A DNA stretch of 64,000 nt from Cyanidioschyzon merolae (lineage: Eukaryota), in the NCBI GenBank assembly GCA_000091205.1, contig AP006498.2; one strand, given 5' to 3'. The number at the start of each line of letters is the position of its first letter. The stretch's first letter is position 1. The translations under genes were made by a program, and so were the position numbers. Of the stretch, positions 10,585 to 20,892 are shown in pieces. The notes under the pieces were generated by a model that saw nothing but the letters and a program-made list of their open reading frames with translations, did not search any database and was not told the DNA's origin.

Positions 10585-13500
10585 TCAAGAGTCGTTCGTA
10601 TCCCGAGGCTGCCCGCTGCATGGTGCTGATTTCTCAACGCAAACATCGGGAGAGTTTTTCTCGGGCATTGTCTCCGAGTCCAGACGATGCCGTAGATGCT
10701 GTAAAATTCGAAACTGGGGAATAAACGCGTTGTCCGAGCTTTGTTGCACTTGTTGTCCGTAGAGTCGAATACTCGGTTCGATACTCCCCCAAATCGTACG
10801 CTCGTCTGCGATGTGGCATTTCAGCCAGGTCCGGTACCTCTCCATGGACCACTGTAAGCGAATATGCGGTTGCAAGATCCGCTCGTCCGATCGAGAGATG
10901 GCAAATAGAGCAAGTACATGGACGGGGAGTCCGATTTGCATATCTGAAATGCCAGCGTCCGCTTCTTCACATTCGAGCTCGATCAAGTGCTCGAAACGAG
11001 TCAGCGTTTGCAATTGTTCGGGGCATGTCCGCTGTTGGTCGGGCAGCCCGCCCGACGCCAGTCCGAGGAGCGTCAAGCGCCACAGCGGAAGCAAGTTTCG
11101 TCGCAGTTCGTTCAAGTCCTTAACGGTATTGATAGGTCGCAGCACCACACAGTAGACGAGTGCCTCCTCAAGTGGCTCCAGGAGCGCCTCTCGTAGGCAG
11201 TCCATCCAGATTGAAGACGTCGGTAGGCAGCTGTGCAGCAGTACCCCAAATCGACGAAGCAGCATCGACGCTTCCGTGACTCCCGCCCAGAGCTGGGAGC
11301 CCGATTTCCTGACGTCCTCGGGCTGATGCTGCTTTCTAGCGAGCGCCAGATGGAGTTGAGCTTCCACCTGATTCGCGACGAGCTCGAGCAGGGTCCGAGT
11401 TGCATCCCGCCCACACTGGTCGATCTGGTCGCGATATCGCAACCAGGCGTGGACCGGCTCGTCAGCAGCGACATCAGCAGAGGTCTCGCTCTCCGAGGAC
11501 ACAAGGTCCAGGGCAAGATCGTATCCGTGGAGGTTTTCGCACACGCTCTCCCGCAACGACCACAAGCACACGAGTACGCTCAAGAGCATCGAGACAACTT
11601 CCAGTTTCTGGGTCTGCTTGTAATGATGAAGCCGCTCGCAGAGCAACTTGCTTCGTACCAGCAACGTCGATGCGACCCTGCGCATCAGACGCTCGAGCGC
11701 GGGCAGCGCATTCCGATAAGCCCAAGCGAGGCGCAGGCACTGCCGCAACTGCTTCGCCACCCCGTACTTTGTGTGGATGATTCCGAGTCGCACTGGAGAC
11801 GATTCTCGGGATTCATCTTCGATTCCTTGGAGGTTACTGACGCGTGCAAACCTGCGCGCCCATGCCTTCTCGACAAGATCACTGAACGCGTTCCCGAGAC
11901 GCTCTAGAAAATCGTCAAGCTGATGGAACGATTCATGAGCTGTGACCTCGCCCTCGACCACTGGAGTGTCCGGTGCATAGTGATTCTTCAAGAGACAATG
12001 CCGCGCGGCGGTGCGAAGCGCCTCACCGAGCAGCGGGTAGCAGATAGCGACGAGGGAGCGTGCGCTTGTCCCTGGGACGCGCTCATGCTGATCCTGTACG
12101 CAGTTCAGTCGCTCGTATAGCGTTACGAGTCTAGTGGTGAGGTCTCGGAAGAAGACCTCTCGCGGCATTGCTCGCCTTGTCGCTGGAACGCTCTGCTTTT
12201 CGAAACCGGACGCATTCGAGGCCTGCTGCACACAATCGAACCTAGTTGAGTGGGTGCTCGTGCTCAGGACCTCTTCCAGGAAACTGAGGCGATCCAGATA
12301 CTCGGTTAATTCTATGTAGAATGTTTTGGCGTTTTGTCGATACTGGTCGATTAGGTGCTCACCCACATGAGCTGTCATCGGGGTGACGGCGTCGGGCACA
12401 GCGGGGATATCATCGGCCGGTGCCGCCATCCACAGCATGTTCAAGAGTGCGGCGTTCTCCAGCAGCTCCTGATCCACCAGCAAGTTCGTTTCTCTCGAGT
12501 CGACCGCTTTTTGCATCGATTCCAAGCCGTGCGCTGCATCGGAATTCCGCGTGTTCCGCGATGCACCAGATGTCATTGCTAGTGCATGCCCTGGATCGAG
12601 AAGCGATACCAAGTCGGCGGCTCGCGTTTGTGCTTCCGCCTCCAGCGCATCGAGGAAGCTCACGAAACCCTCCGCTAGTGCTAGCGCTGATCCGAGCCGT
12701 TGGGCCGCAGCAAAGTCGCGCACTGAAGCAGCACGCTCGAGAAGCTCAAACCCGAGCATGTAAACGCGTCTGCTGTAGCTTTTGCCTCGCTCGATGACCG
12801 CAGACATCCATGGCACTGTTTCGAATAGCTCCGGCCGCATGAGCTCGAACAAATCACTGAGCAGCGCTGCCGCCTGGCTTAACGAAGCGGCATGATCTGC
12901 AAGTACAGGGTGCGAGGTACTCGCAGTCGCTGACTGCTGCGAGTCCGCGAGGCGGTCCAGCACTGCAAGGTACGTCTGCTCGAAATGTTCGAGTTTGCCC
13001 AGGATGAAAATCGTACACCTCAAGACTCGTTCCGCCTCAGTCAGATCCCTGATCTCTCCTTGAAGTGCCTCCAGCTGATGCCATTCGGCGGTTTCCTGCC
13101 GATACAAACAATCGGCCTCTGCAAAGTCATTGAGCAAGTCGTCAAGTCGTGCTTCGATCTCACCGATCTTTTGCTGCATGCCGGCCAGCGGTTTTAAAAG
13201 CTCTGGACGATGTTGGCAGAGTGTTCGATGAATGCATTCATCGATGGAAGCGAGCATTTCCTGAACATGTTGCCAGTCGATGAGGGTACTTCCTTCCCGC
13301 ATGGATCGAGCGACTGTGTCGGCTACGAGCGCTGTATTATCGATGGCTGAGCTCTGGTCCACTGCAAACCGAGTTACATGATCATCCGAGGTGGTTGTCA
13401 GTTCGCGTAGAAAAGGAAAGGAGGAAGCTTCACTGGCGATGTTTGCAAGCCGCTGCTTCAACTCTAGTACAGGACTATCGGAGTTGCCGGTGGATGCTTC

Positions 13501-13818
13501 AACAGCATCAGCTGTTCCGAACACGCTGATCATTTCTTTCAAGCTTCGTTCAAAAAGAGTTTCAGCGTCTCGCAACAGATCCGAACCCTCCAAGGTCGCA
13601 GGTGCGGGCGGTCTCGGTTCCGTAGTAGCTGCACGGGGTTGCGTGCCGAGCGCTCGCTGCACGGGTGCGGGCCTTACACCAGCCAGTTGCGAGGCCGTCG
13701 ACCCAGCCAGCGGTACGTTGTCGTCGGTATCCATCGTAGTAAACAAGAAGAGGGCGCTCGAGGCGCAAACCGCACAGGAACTTGTTGTCTGCCAGCTAGG
13801 ACAGTAACCGCTTGGCAC
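10585..13818 (-). CDS. Large conserved-looking hypothetical protein (1077 aa), predominantly alpha-helical with coiled-coil N-terminal region
   Basis: A 3.2-kb uninterrupted ORF, far too long to occur by chance. Leu/Ala/Glu-rich heptad-like stretches in the N-terminal third. No family recognised from memory; possibly a tethering or scaffold complex subunit. Confidence 0.6.
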   Translation of the reverse strand: MPSGYCPSWQTTSSCAVCASSALFLFTTMDTDDNVPLAGSTASQLAGVRPAPVQRALGTQPRAATTEPRPPAPATLEGSDLLRDAETLFERSLKEMISVFGTADAVEASTGNSDSPVLELKQRLANIASEASSFPFLRELTTTSDDHVTRFAVDQSSAIDNTALVADTVARSMREGSTLIDWQHVQEMLASIDECIHRTLCQHRPELLKPLAGMQQKIGEIEARLDDLLNDFAEADCLYRQETAEWHQLEALQGEIRDLTEAERVLRCTIFILGKLEHFEQTYLAVLDRLADSQQSATASTSHPVLADHAASLSQAAALLSDLFELMRPELFETVPWMSAVIERGKSYSRRVYMLGFELLERAASVRDFAAAQRLGSALALAEGFVSFLDALEAEAQTRAADLVSLLDPGHALAMTSGASRNTRNSDAAHGLESMQKAVDSRETNLLVDQELLENAALLNMLWMAAPADDIPAVPDAVTPMTAHVGEHLIDQYRQNAKTFYIELTEYLDRLSFLEEVLSTSTHSTRFDCVQQASNASGFEKQSVPATRRAMPREVFFRDLTTRLVTLYERLNCVQDQHERVPGTSARSLVAICYPLLGEALRTAARHCLLKNHYAPDTPVVEGEVTAHESFHQLDDFLERLGNAFSDLVEKAWARRFARVSNLQGIEDESRESSPVRLGIIHTKYGVAKQLRQCLRLAWAYRNALPALERLMRRVASTLLVRSKLLCERLHHYKQTQKLEVVSMLLSVLVCLWSLRESVCENLHGYDLALDLVSSESETSADVAADEPVHAWLRYRDQIDQCGRDATRTLLELVANQVEAQLHLALARKQHQPEDVRKSGSQLWAGVTEASMLLRRFGVLLHSCLPTSSIWMDCLREALLEPLEEALVYCVVLRPINTVKDLNELRRNLLPLWRLTLLGLASGGLPDQQRTCPEQLQTLTRFEHLIELECEEADAGISDMQIGLPVHVLALFAISRSDERILQPHIRLQWSMERYRTWLKCHIADERTIWGSIEPSIRLYGQQVQQSSDNAFIPQFRILQHLRHRLDSETMPEKNSPDVCVEKSAPCSGQPRDTNDS

Positions 13819-14646
13819 CAGTAGAGGTGCGCGATCCAGACACAGCGGTCACTCGAGCGCTGTGGATCACGCGGTGCAGAGCGTCCCAAAGAGCATTACA
13901 GTAGGTACCTGGACACGCCCTTCAGGGGCAGGGGTCTTGCGTCGCAAGTGCTGGCGGCAGTCAAGGCAACCGTATATCTCCCATGGAAAACGCGTCGCAG
14001 GGGCGGTTGCGGCCTTGCAGGTGGCTGCCGCCCCTGTCGCCTCGCCCTTTCGAAAAGGGCGAGTACGAGAATGAACCTCTTGGCGAATGGTTCCCAGTTT
14101 CAACGCTGTTTCCATCTTAGAGCGCTATCGAATGCGTCAAACAGTAGCAGGCAGGCATAGAGCTCTTTCTCCGGATCCATAAATGTCTTTGTCGCTGCAG
14201 TGGAGAGTCGACGCATTCCAAACAGAGTCGCACGGGTGCGTCAATATTGCCACACAACTGGGCGACGCAAACATGAGCTTCTCTGAATGTCCTGTATTCC
14301 ATGGTGTAGGGCGTAAGCCTGCAGCCAGACTTGCAGAGCGTCGTGTATGCGGCACTGCGGCATCTCGAAATGCTGCATCCACAGCTCTACCTCTGTATTC
14401 CATCGTGCGATACATTCGCTTGGACGCCAACTTCGCCTCTCTGAAAGCGCTCATCTATGTCTATGCATTCGCGGTGCACTGTGGCATGTATTCCGTCTGT
14501 GACAGAGCGCTGTCGAAGCGAAAGCAGCACGCTGGGAGGCTTCCTCGCCCAGGGCATATTGCATGATAGCACGCTTGGATTCACGCTGTGCTTCAACACC
14601 CCCGTTCAACCATACGGTACTGCTGGACGAGTCGCACGAACGCGGG

Positions 14647-15486
14647 CTATGGCATGCGGCTTTTGTCATGCTCGCGATGCTGGATGGGCCCCTTCGATTG
14701 CGTCTGTGTCTGACACCAGCTTTCGGTGGAATAGTCTTCGAACGAGTCGTCGATGCGGTGATCCCGGAGCATCACACTCCATCGCTTTGACAGTAGCGAT
14801 AATGCCGTGGACACAGCTTGCGCCGGGGCTTTTGCTCCAGCCAGCTTCGATGGTAAAGTCACGGTTTCTGGGATCAGCAGCCAGTGCCGTGCAGCGGAAC
14901 TGAGTGATTCCGTTCCGCAGAGAGGTCGTGAGCATCCCGACTTTAATCCAAGCTCGCTCACCGATGCTCTATGCATATCTTGGAAGTATCCAAATGCTTG
15001 AGCTTTCCAAGTCGGTGCACGCCGCCCGGCGAATGGAATGCGCGATGCTCGTTGCCCTTTGGCGAACCTGCACGCGTACACCTGTATCGATTGGTGGCGT
15101 GGCGCCAAGAAGGTGCTCGCTCTACCTCGGATGCTCACGGAACGCTCGACACTCGGTTGAGCGCAAGAAATAGCCAATATCTCCGAGGAGAAGTATGCAC
15201 TGTAAAGCTTGGCGGTTATCCATGGAACGATGGATGCTTCTCTGATCGGTGCTATCCAGCGTATCATCGGGAATCCCTGGCTCGTGTAAACATTCTGCTG
15301 GAAAAGAAGAGCGATGGGGTATTGTGGCGAACGATTTTCCCTTCCATATCCCATAGCGTTGCTCCCTGATATCCGGCGAAACGCCACATCGATATCACGC
15401 CGAAACTCCGGGTCGTTACTGCGGATCCGTACCACGTTCGCGTTGAGAAGTCTGGAGGTTCCGTTCGATGGATGCAAGCGCTCCAT
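14647..15486 (-). CDS. Questionable ORF (279 aa), low-complexity, no recognisable domain
   Basis: ORF length only. It lies in the 2.5-kb divergent spacer between the 10585-13818 gene and HIRA. It could be a chance ORF in GC-rich DNA. Confidence 0.12.
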   Translation of the reverse strand: MERLHPSNGTSRLLNANVVRIRSNDPEFRRDIDVAFRRISGSNAMGYGRENRSPQYPIALLFQQNVYTSQGFPMIRWIAPIREASIVPWITAKLYSAYFSSEILAISCAQPSVERSVSIRGRASTFLAPRHQSIQVYACRFAKGQRASRIPFAGRRAPTWKAQAFGYFQDMHRASVSELGLKSGCSRPLCGTESLSSAARHWLLIPETVTLPSKLAGAKAPAQAVSTALSLLSKRWSVMLRDHRIDDSFEDYSTESWCQTQTQSKGPIQHREHDKSRMP

Positions 15487-16367
15487 CCATAGAACCGGGG
15501 CTTCATCGAGAGACTCTCTGGATGCCGAGGGTTTGTCTCGAGCACTATGCTTTTGCGGGCGCCGGCTTGAGCGCGAGCGCCCCAGTTTCTCTGCTTCATA
15601 CGAGAGGCCTTGAATGGAGCTCAGGTTCGACTGCAGAGTCCATAATGTGTCATGAAAGCACGCCCTGGCGAAAGTGCAACCCGTCTACCTCCGTTATGGA
15701 GGTGTGTTCGGTGCAGACCTCGATCGTGGGTAGCGTCCGCACACCCGCAAGCTGCTCACCTGATGCACCGATGCGACACTTGCGAGTACAGGGCTCTGCT
15801 ATGGATCCTGCGAGATATTCGCAATGCCCATGCAACCCAATTCCTCGAAAATACTCTATGTTGTGAGCACCAACCGCACTCTGGATCAGGGCTCATCCTT
15901 TATGGATTGGAAAGCGTGCTCCGCTACTGGTCGATGTCTAGCCTCGGGCGAGAACCGGCTACGACATGAATCCCCAGCACACTGTCGCTGCTGCTACTGC
16001 TACTACTACTGTCAGATGCGCGAAAAATGCCTATTAGAAACGGAGAGCGCTTCTCTTGGTGTTGCCGTATGCAGGCTTCACTATATCAATGTTCGAACCG
16101 CTGCATTATGGACCTCCATCATAACACCCGAGCATGCTATATACCGCAGGTGCGCTGGTATCCCGCGTATCGACTGAGCGACACACCATCGATCATCGAA
16201 AAAAAAGACCAGTACCATGCCTCGGAAGCAGATCGATCGCCGCTCCAGCCAGATGCAGGGTTGCGTCATTCCCGCGCTTGTGCAGCGTCTGGGTAACGCG
16301 ACTCCTTGACGCTAGGTAAACGGACGCTTTTTGCGGACGCTAGGAGCGATCCTACCGGTCGTGTTGG

Positions 16368-19300
16368 ATGGTGATTTTCACGAAACCCGTTTGGCTTCGT
16401 CACGCGGCCGGGACTGGGAACGGACCTCTGGGCGTCCAACGTGGCTTTGGAACCGGGGAGCAAACAAACAGTTTGTCAACAAGCAGTGACAGACGGCGAG
16501 CAGGAGCTGATAACGCCTGTGTGCCCATTTTCTCTCTAGACATTCAGCCGTGCGCTCGTGATGCTCCTCTGGATGAGGTGCGACTAGCGACATGTGGACA
16601 GGATGGAAAGATCCATTTATGGCGGCTAGGTGCGCTCTGGGAGGACGCCAAACAACAGTGCGCTCGCCTTCTTGGTAAGCCCGGTGCACCGCACGAAAGC
16701 ACGACACCACAACAGAACGGTGCATGTGAGAACACTCTGGAGTCGGCACTGATCGGCGTTGTAACACCGGCACACCAGGGTGCTGCGAACGTCGTTCGCT
16801 GGCATCCGGGCGGCAACGTTCTAGCCTCTGGTGGCGACGACGGCACTGTCTTGCTATCTAGTCGAGTGCCTGCTGCTGCTGGAGCGGTGACGGCGGTTGA
16901 GCCATTTGCCCGCGGGACGTTGCTTCAAGCGCCGCTCGGTGCGGCCTGCAAGGAACACTGGTCTGTTTGTACGATCTTACGCGCACATGACTCGGACGTT
17001 CTCGACGTGAGTTTTGCCCCGCACGGGGAGGCGCTTGCCTCCTGCTCAGTGGACAATACCGTATGCGTCTGGCGTATAGAGCTGAGCACAAAGCATGGGG
17101 ATGATGATCAATGGATCACTGCAAACGGGAGCCTCCTTGCTCGCCTGCGAGGCCATCATGGGATGGTGAAAGGCGTCTCCTGGGATCCGGCTAACCAGTT
17201 CATTGCCACCCAGTCTGACGATCGCTCGGTGCTCTTGTGGCGTACCGACCACTGGGGCGAAATAGAAAGACGCCTTTCTGAAGAGTTTGAGGCGGCGACG
17301 ACTGAGGCAAACTTGCGATCCTGGTTTATGCGATTGGCATGGTCGCCATCGGGTGCCGAGCTTGTCGCCACCAACGGCTATCGGAACAAGTGCCATGTTG
17401 CGCCTCTGTACCGTCGTATACAGGACTTTGCAGATCCGATCGAGTTTGTTGGGCATCGGGCGCCAGTGGTGTCAATTCGATGGTCACCGTGCGTATACGC
17501 ACGCTCACCGCATCCTCCATTCGAGGAGAAGAACAGACTCTATTTTTGCGTCGCCCTAGGTAGCAAAGATCACGGCTTGACGATCTGGCGAGCAGACCAC
17601 GGCAAACCGTTCGTTTCTCTCGTAGATTTATTTGACGGGGATGTTCTGGACTTGAGTTGGAACACTGCCGGCGATATTCTGGTAGCTTGTTCAACGGACG
17701 GGAGTGTTTTCTTTGCGCAGTTTGATCCGGAAGAGCTTGGCTACGTTGTACCAGAGGCGGTAGCCAAGGAGGCGATCACCAAAGAGATGACTCTGTTCAC
17801 TGGTGGCGTGAACCCCCTGCGGGCACATCCATCGAACCAGCTGGGAGATGCGAGCTGTGGTATGCTGGATCCCGTCGCACTTGCACTGCAGCGGAGCAAG
17901 CTCGCGCAGCAAGCACCCGCATTCGCGAAGAGCGGAGCAGAGACCAGTACACCTGTCGTCGAGCATTCGATGCCGGGGGATTCGCGCCCGCCATCCTCAG
18001 GCAAAGCGGGCGCGAAGGAGCCCAGCCCTGCTGCTGGCGTCCAGCTGCGTTTGGAAAATCAGCGGGAGGAACGTCTTAAGGACGGGAAGCGAAGGATCAT
18101 TCCAGTACCGATAGGCGGGCAACACGCCACTGCCACACCGTCGCTCGGCGTTGCAGCTAAGCAGCATGCTGCTCACTTGGCGTCAGCGGGCGTTGAGCGC
18201 GAACCACTTGACTCTGCTGATGCCGTGCAGGCGAAGAAACGCCAACGGTCACTTGCGATGAATGGCGCCTCCACACCAGAAGTGCTGCCAAAACCTCCTA
18301 GAAATGCACTCCGTAGCGACAGCGGCGTCCGAAGAGAGCAGTCGTTGGCGAACAACCATACAGAGATGCATGGTCTCGCCACCGCTGCCGCGACACCGAA
18401 AGCGACCTCTACAGTAGCACCGGTGGCTTCATCGGGAACCCCCAGGTCAACGATTCCTCTGTCGACCGGCACGGATACAAGAAGACGTCTCTGGATTCTC
18501 GAGGACGCTTCGCCGAATTTTTGCATCGAATCTGTTGGTCAACCACTGAATACTTCGCTCGTTTTTGGGGTGCGCTCTGGTTCGCCTCTATGGAAACAAG
18601 TCGTTCGGGGAGCCGTCACTGCGCTCACCAGCACACCTGGATCCAATGCAATCATCCTGGGTACTAGTGATGCTGCACTGCACGTACTCTCTGGCCGCAG
18701 TGGACTCCGCCTGGCGCCACCGTTCATGTTGGATGCACCAGCGATCTGGATGGCACGCCATGAACGAGTGATCCTCATCTTAACCGAAAAGGCTTCGTTC
18801 CAAGTCCATCACGTCACCGATTTGACGGACTGGAGGCCCGAGCAAACCTCGCGCCCACTCGCTTGGGGCAGTGCCAGTTTTCTGCTGGCGAGCGAAAATC
18901 TCGAGCCAGTGCGGTTGTTGCCCGAACGCTTCGAATGGGATGCTTCGCGTCAAGTGCTACTCCTGTTTCTCCGCAACGGCGATGTCTATATGCATCAGGG
19001 TGCGCACGCCACATGGATCCGGCTGATGGAAGACACTTTCCTTGCGAGTCCCTTTTCTGAGGCGACGGTATCCGCAACCGGCTACGACGCCCGAAAGCAG
19101 CAGGCTTTGCCGACCCTGGACTGCACGGATCCGTGTACCGAAGACAGGAATTTTTCGTTTATTGATCCAGAGCGCGTAGGTCTGCGCGAGGTTGCGGACC
19201 CAGAACGGGAAGCGAGTGACACGACAGCACATCTCGAGCTTTTGTTTGTGACGGCCTTCAGGTTGCAGAAGGAAGCTGAGGCTCGTTTCTGGTTACAGAG

Positions 19301-19643
19301 GCTGGTCGAGTGGCTCGTCCAGATCGGTGACGAGGCCCGTCTTGTTGCGCTTTGTGATCAACTCGGGGGTTTCAGCACTACTGTGAGTTCAGGGGAATGC
19401 ATCGACAGCCAGCAGCGCGATGGCTGGAAAGCTTCCAATATGGCGCTCATTCGACAGATTGTGTTACCACTGCTGGCATCGAATCCCGCTCTGGAAACCA
19501 TTCTGAATACATATCGTGAGTTGTTGATTGGGGTTTCCCAGAGCCAAGAGCGGCTACCCGCACCTGCGCTACTCGAACAAGTCGTTTCTACTACCGCAGA
19601 TGCCGCTGAGGACAAGGCGGGTGAAAGCTCCCCACTCGCCTAG
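16368..19643 (+). CDS. HIRA: Histone cell cycle regulator HIRA (WD40 beta-propeller plus C-terminal HIRA domain)
   Basis: N-terminus 'MVIFTKPVWLRH...PIFSLDIQP' matches HIRA 'MKLLKPSWVSH..KPIFSVDIHP'. Successive WD repeats: 'GKIHLWRL', 'ANVVRWHPGGNVLASGGDDGTVLL', 'HDSDVLDVSFAPHGEALASCSVDNTVCVWRI', 'GHHGMVKGVSWDPANQFIATQSDDRSVLLWRT', 'GHRAPVVSIRWSP', 'DLSWNTAGDILVACSTDGSVFF'. C-terminal HIRA-domain-like region 'NAIILGTSDAALHVLSGRSGLRLAPPFMLDAPAIWMA'. Confidence 0.85.
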   Translation: MVIFTKPVWLRHAAGTGNGPLGVQRGFGTGEQTNSLSTSSDRRRAGADNACVPIFSLDIQPCARDAPLDEVRLATCGQDGKIHLWRLGALWEDAKQQCARLLGKPGAPHESTTPQQNGACENTLESALIGVVTPAHQGAANVVRWHPGGNVLASGGDDGTVLLSSRVPAAAGAVTAVEPFARGTLLQAPLGAACKEHWSVCTILRAHDSDVLDVSFAPHGEALASCSVDNTVCVWRIELSTKHGDDDQWITANGSLLARLRGHHGMVKGVSWDPANQFIATQSDDRSVLLWRTDHWGEIERRLSEEFEAATTEANLRSWFMRLAWSPSGAELVATNGYRNKCHVAPLYRRIQDFADPIEFVGHRAPVVSIRWSPCVYARSPHPPFEEKNRLYFCVALGSKDHGLTIWRADHGKPFVSLVDLFDGDVLDLSWNTAGDILVACSTDGSVFFAQFDPEELGYVVPEAVAKEAITKEMTLFTGGVNPLRAHPSNQLGDASCGMLDPVALALQRSKLAQQAPAFAKSGAETSTPVVEHSMPGDSRPPSSGKAGAKEPSPAAGVQLRLENQREERLKDGKRRIIPVPIGGQHATATPSLGVAAKQHAAHLASAGVEREPLDSADAVQAKKRQRSLAMNGASTPEVLPKPPRNALRSDSGVRREQSLANNHTEMHGLATAAATPKATSTVAPVASSGTPRSTIPLSTGTDTRRRLWILEDASPNFCIESVGQPLNTSLVFGVRSGSPLWKQVVRGAVTALTSTPGSNAIILGTSDAALHVLSGRSGLRLAPPFMLDAPAIWMARHERVILILTEKASFQVHHVTDLTDWRPEQTSRPLAWGSASFLLASENLEPVRLLPERFEWDASRQVLLLFLRNGDVYMHQGAHATWIRLMEDTFLASPFSEATVSATGYDARKQQALPTLDCTDPCTEDRNFSFIDPERVGLREVADPEREASDTTAHLELLFVTAFRLQKEAEARFWLQRLVEWLVQIGDEARLVALCDQLGGFSTTVSSGECIDSQQRDGWKASNMALIRQIVLPLLASNPALETILNTYRELLIGVSQSQERLPAPALLEQVVSTTADAAEDKAGESSPLA

Positions 19644-20168
19644 CAGGTGCATCGAAAGCTCGCTGGCGACGCTGCGAGCCATGTCAACGTGTCGAGAGGC
19701 TTATTGCTTGTTCCGAAAGAAGCTGGATCTCGTTTCCGCCCCGCGGGAAGTGCATCGTGCACCAGAAGCGGCATCGCAGGTATTCTGTGCGATGGACGGA
19801 TGCGGGGCTTTGGCGTTTCCACAAACTCAGCGCTACTAAAGGTAGACGGGCTGACATTGCTGCCTCGCGCGCGCTCTGCGTCAAGTCCGTTCGTTGTGAT
19901 TGTGGCTGGTTCCGAGAAGCGCGTGCTACCACACGTGGACCCTTCAGTGTCACCGCCGATTTTGCGGAGAGCATTCCAATGAACTTGGCGGAGCAGAGCT
20001 TTCGGCGACCTCGACGTTCGCGAGCGTGCGGCATCGCTGTCTCTGCTCCGCTGAGCTCGGCGTTAACCGTAGGTGTGGCGCACGAGAGGTCGCTGGACCT
20101 AGTAAGTCTCTATTCGTAAATTGGAGGCGATTCATGGATGAATGGAATGCTCAGGCGTTGATACAGAA

Positions 20169-20440
20169 CCTTGGGCAGTGTCCCTAGATATTCAGATTGC
20201 CCGTGCATTCACAGAACATTTGGAGCAATGCTTCCATCCAGTATCACAGGTAACTTGAATAAACCTTGGGCAGTATCCCTAGATATCCAGGTTGCCCGTG
20301 CATTCACAGAACATTTGGAGCAATGCTTCCATCCAGTATCACAAGCAAATTGAAAGCACCTTGGGCAGTATCCCTAGATATCCAGATTGCCCGTGCATTC
20401 ACAGAACATTTGGAGCAATGCTTCGATCCCATATTCCAAG
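20169..20440. repeat. Tandem minisatellite, about 2.9 copies of a 95-bp unit (20169-20263, 20264-20358, 20359-~20440) between HIRA and HOP2
   Basis: Visible repetition of 'ccttgggcagt(g/a)tccctagata(t/c)(t/c)cag(a/g)ttgcccgtgcattcacagaacatttggagcaatgcttccatccagtatcaca...'. The repeat generates spurious repetitive small ORFs in the track (20171..20353, 20266..20466, 20292..20600). Confidence 0.85.
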
Positions 20441-20892
20441 AGAAACATGTCGATGCGTGCTCGTGATGAGTGGCATAGAGTCACGCATCCTGGGACACGC
20501 ATCGACAAATAACCAACAATGCAAATGCATGCACGCGCACCTCATGCGCTATTTACTCACTGAGCGACAGCGCGCGTCACCATCCGTGACTCGTCGTTGA
20601 ACTTGGAGCCGACGTGTGGAGCGATGAACACACTACCAATCGCTGATATCAAGTGCGCAATCGAGGATTCCTTGTCCGAATCAACGTTCTGTCGATGGGA
20701 AGGAATGTTGCGAAGCTCGCCATGATAGGCGCGCTGCTGCTGGATGCGTGCGCGGGCAGCGGCGTGCGCGCACTGTCGATGCTGGTGGCGGGAACGCTGG
20801 CGCCAACACCGTGCCGTCTACTGCTGGACGGTGTCGCACTGGGATTACCCGCTACAGCGCGTGTGCTGACGTTGCGCGAACTGGGCGAGTCC

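Noticed and set aside
16378-16773. Numerous antisense or alternative-frame ORFs of 60-200 aa inside the long genes. Examples: 16378..16773(-), 24340..24960(-), 37512..38033(-), 37774..38328(-), 11233..11907(+), 13391..13807(+), 43262..43807(-), 48560..49096(-), 50067..50513(-)
   Set aside because: They are expected by chance in GC-rich coding DNA, where the opposite strand is stop-poor. They lie wholly within better-supported genes and show no motifs.
20171-20600. Three overlapping small ORFs encoding repeated peptides ('MGSVPRY..CPCIHRTFGAMLPSSIT...')
   Set aside because: They are the translation of the 95-bp tandem repeat and are not independent genes.
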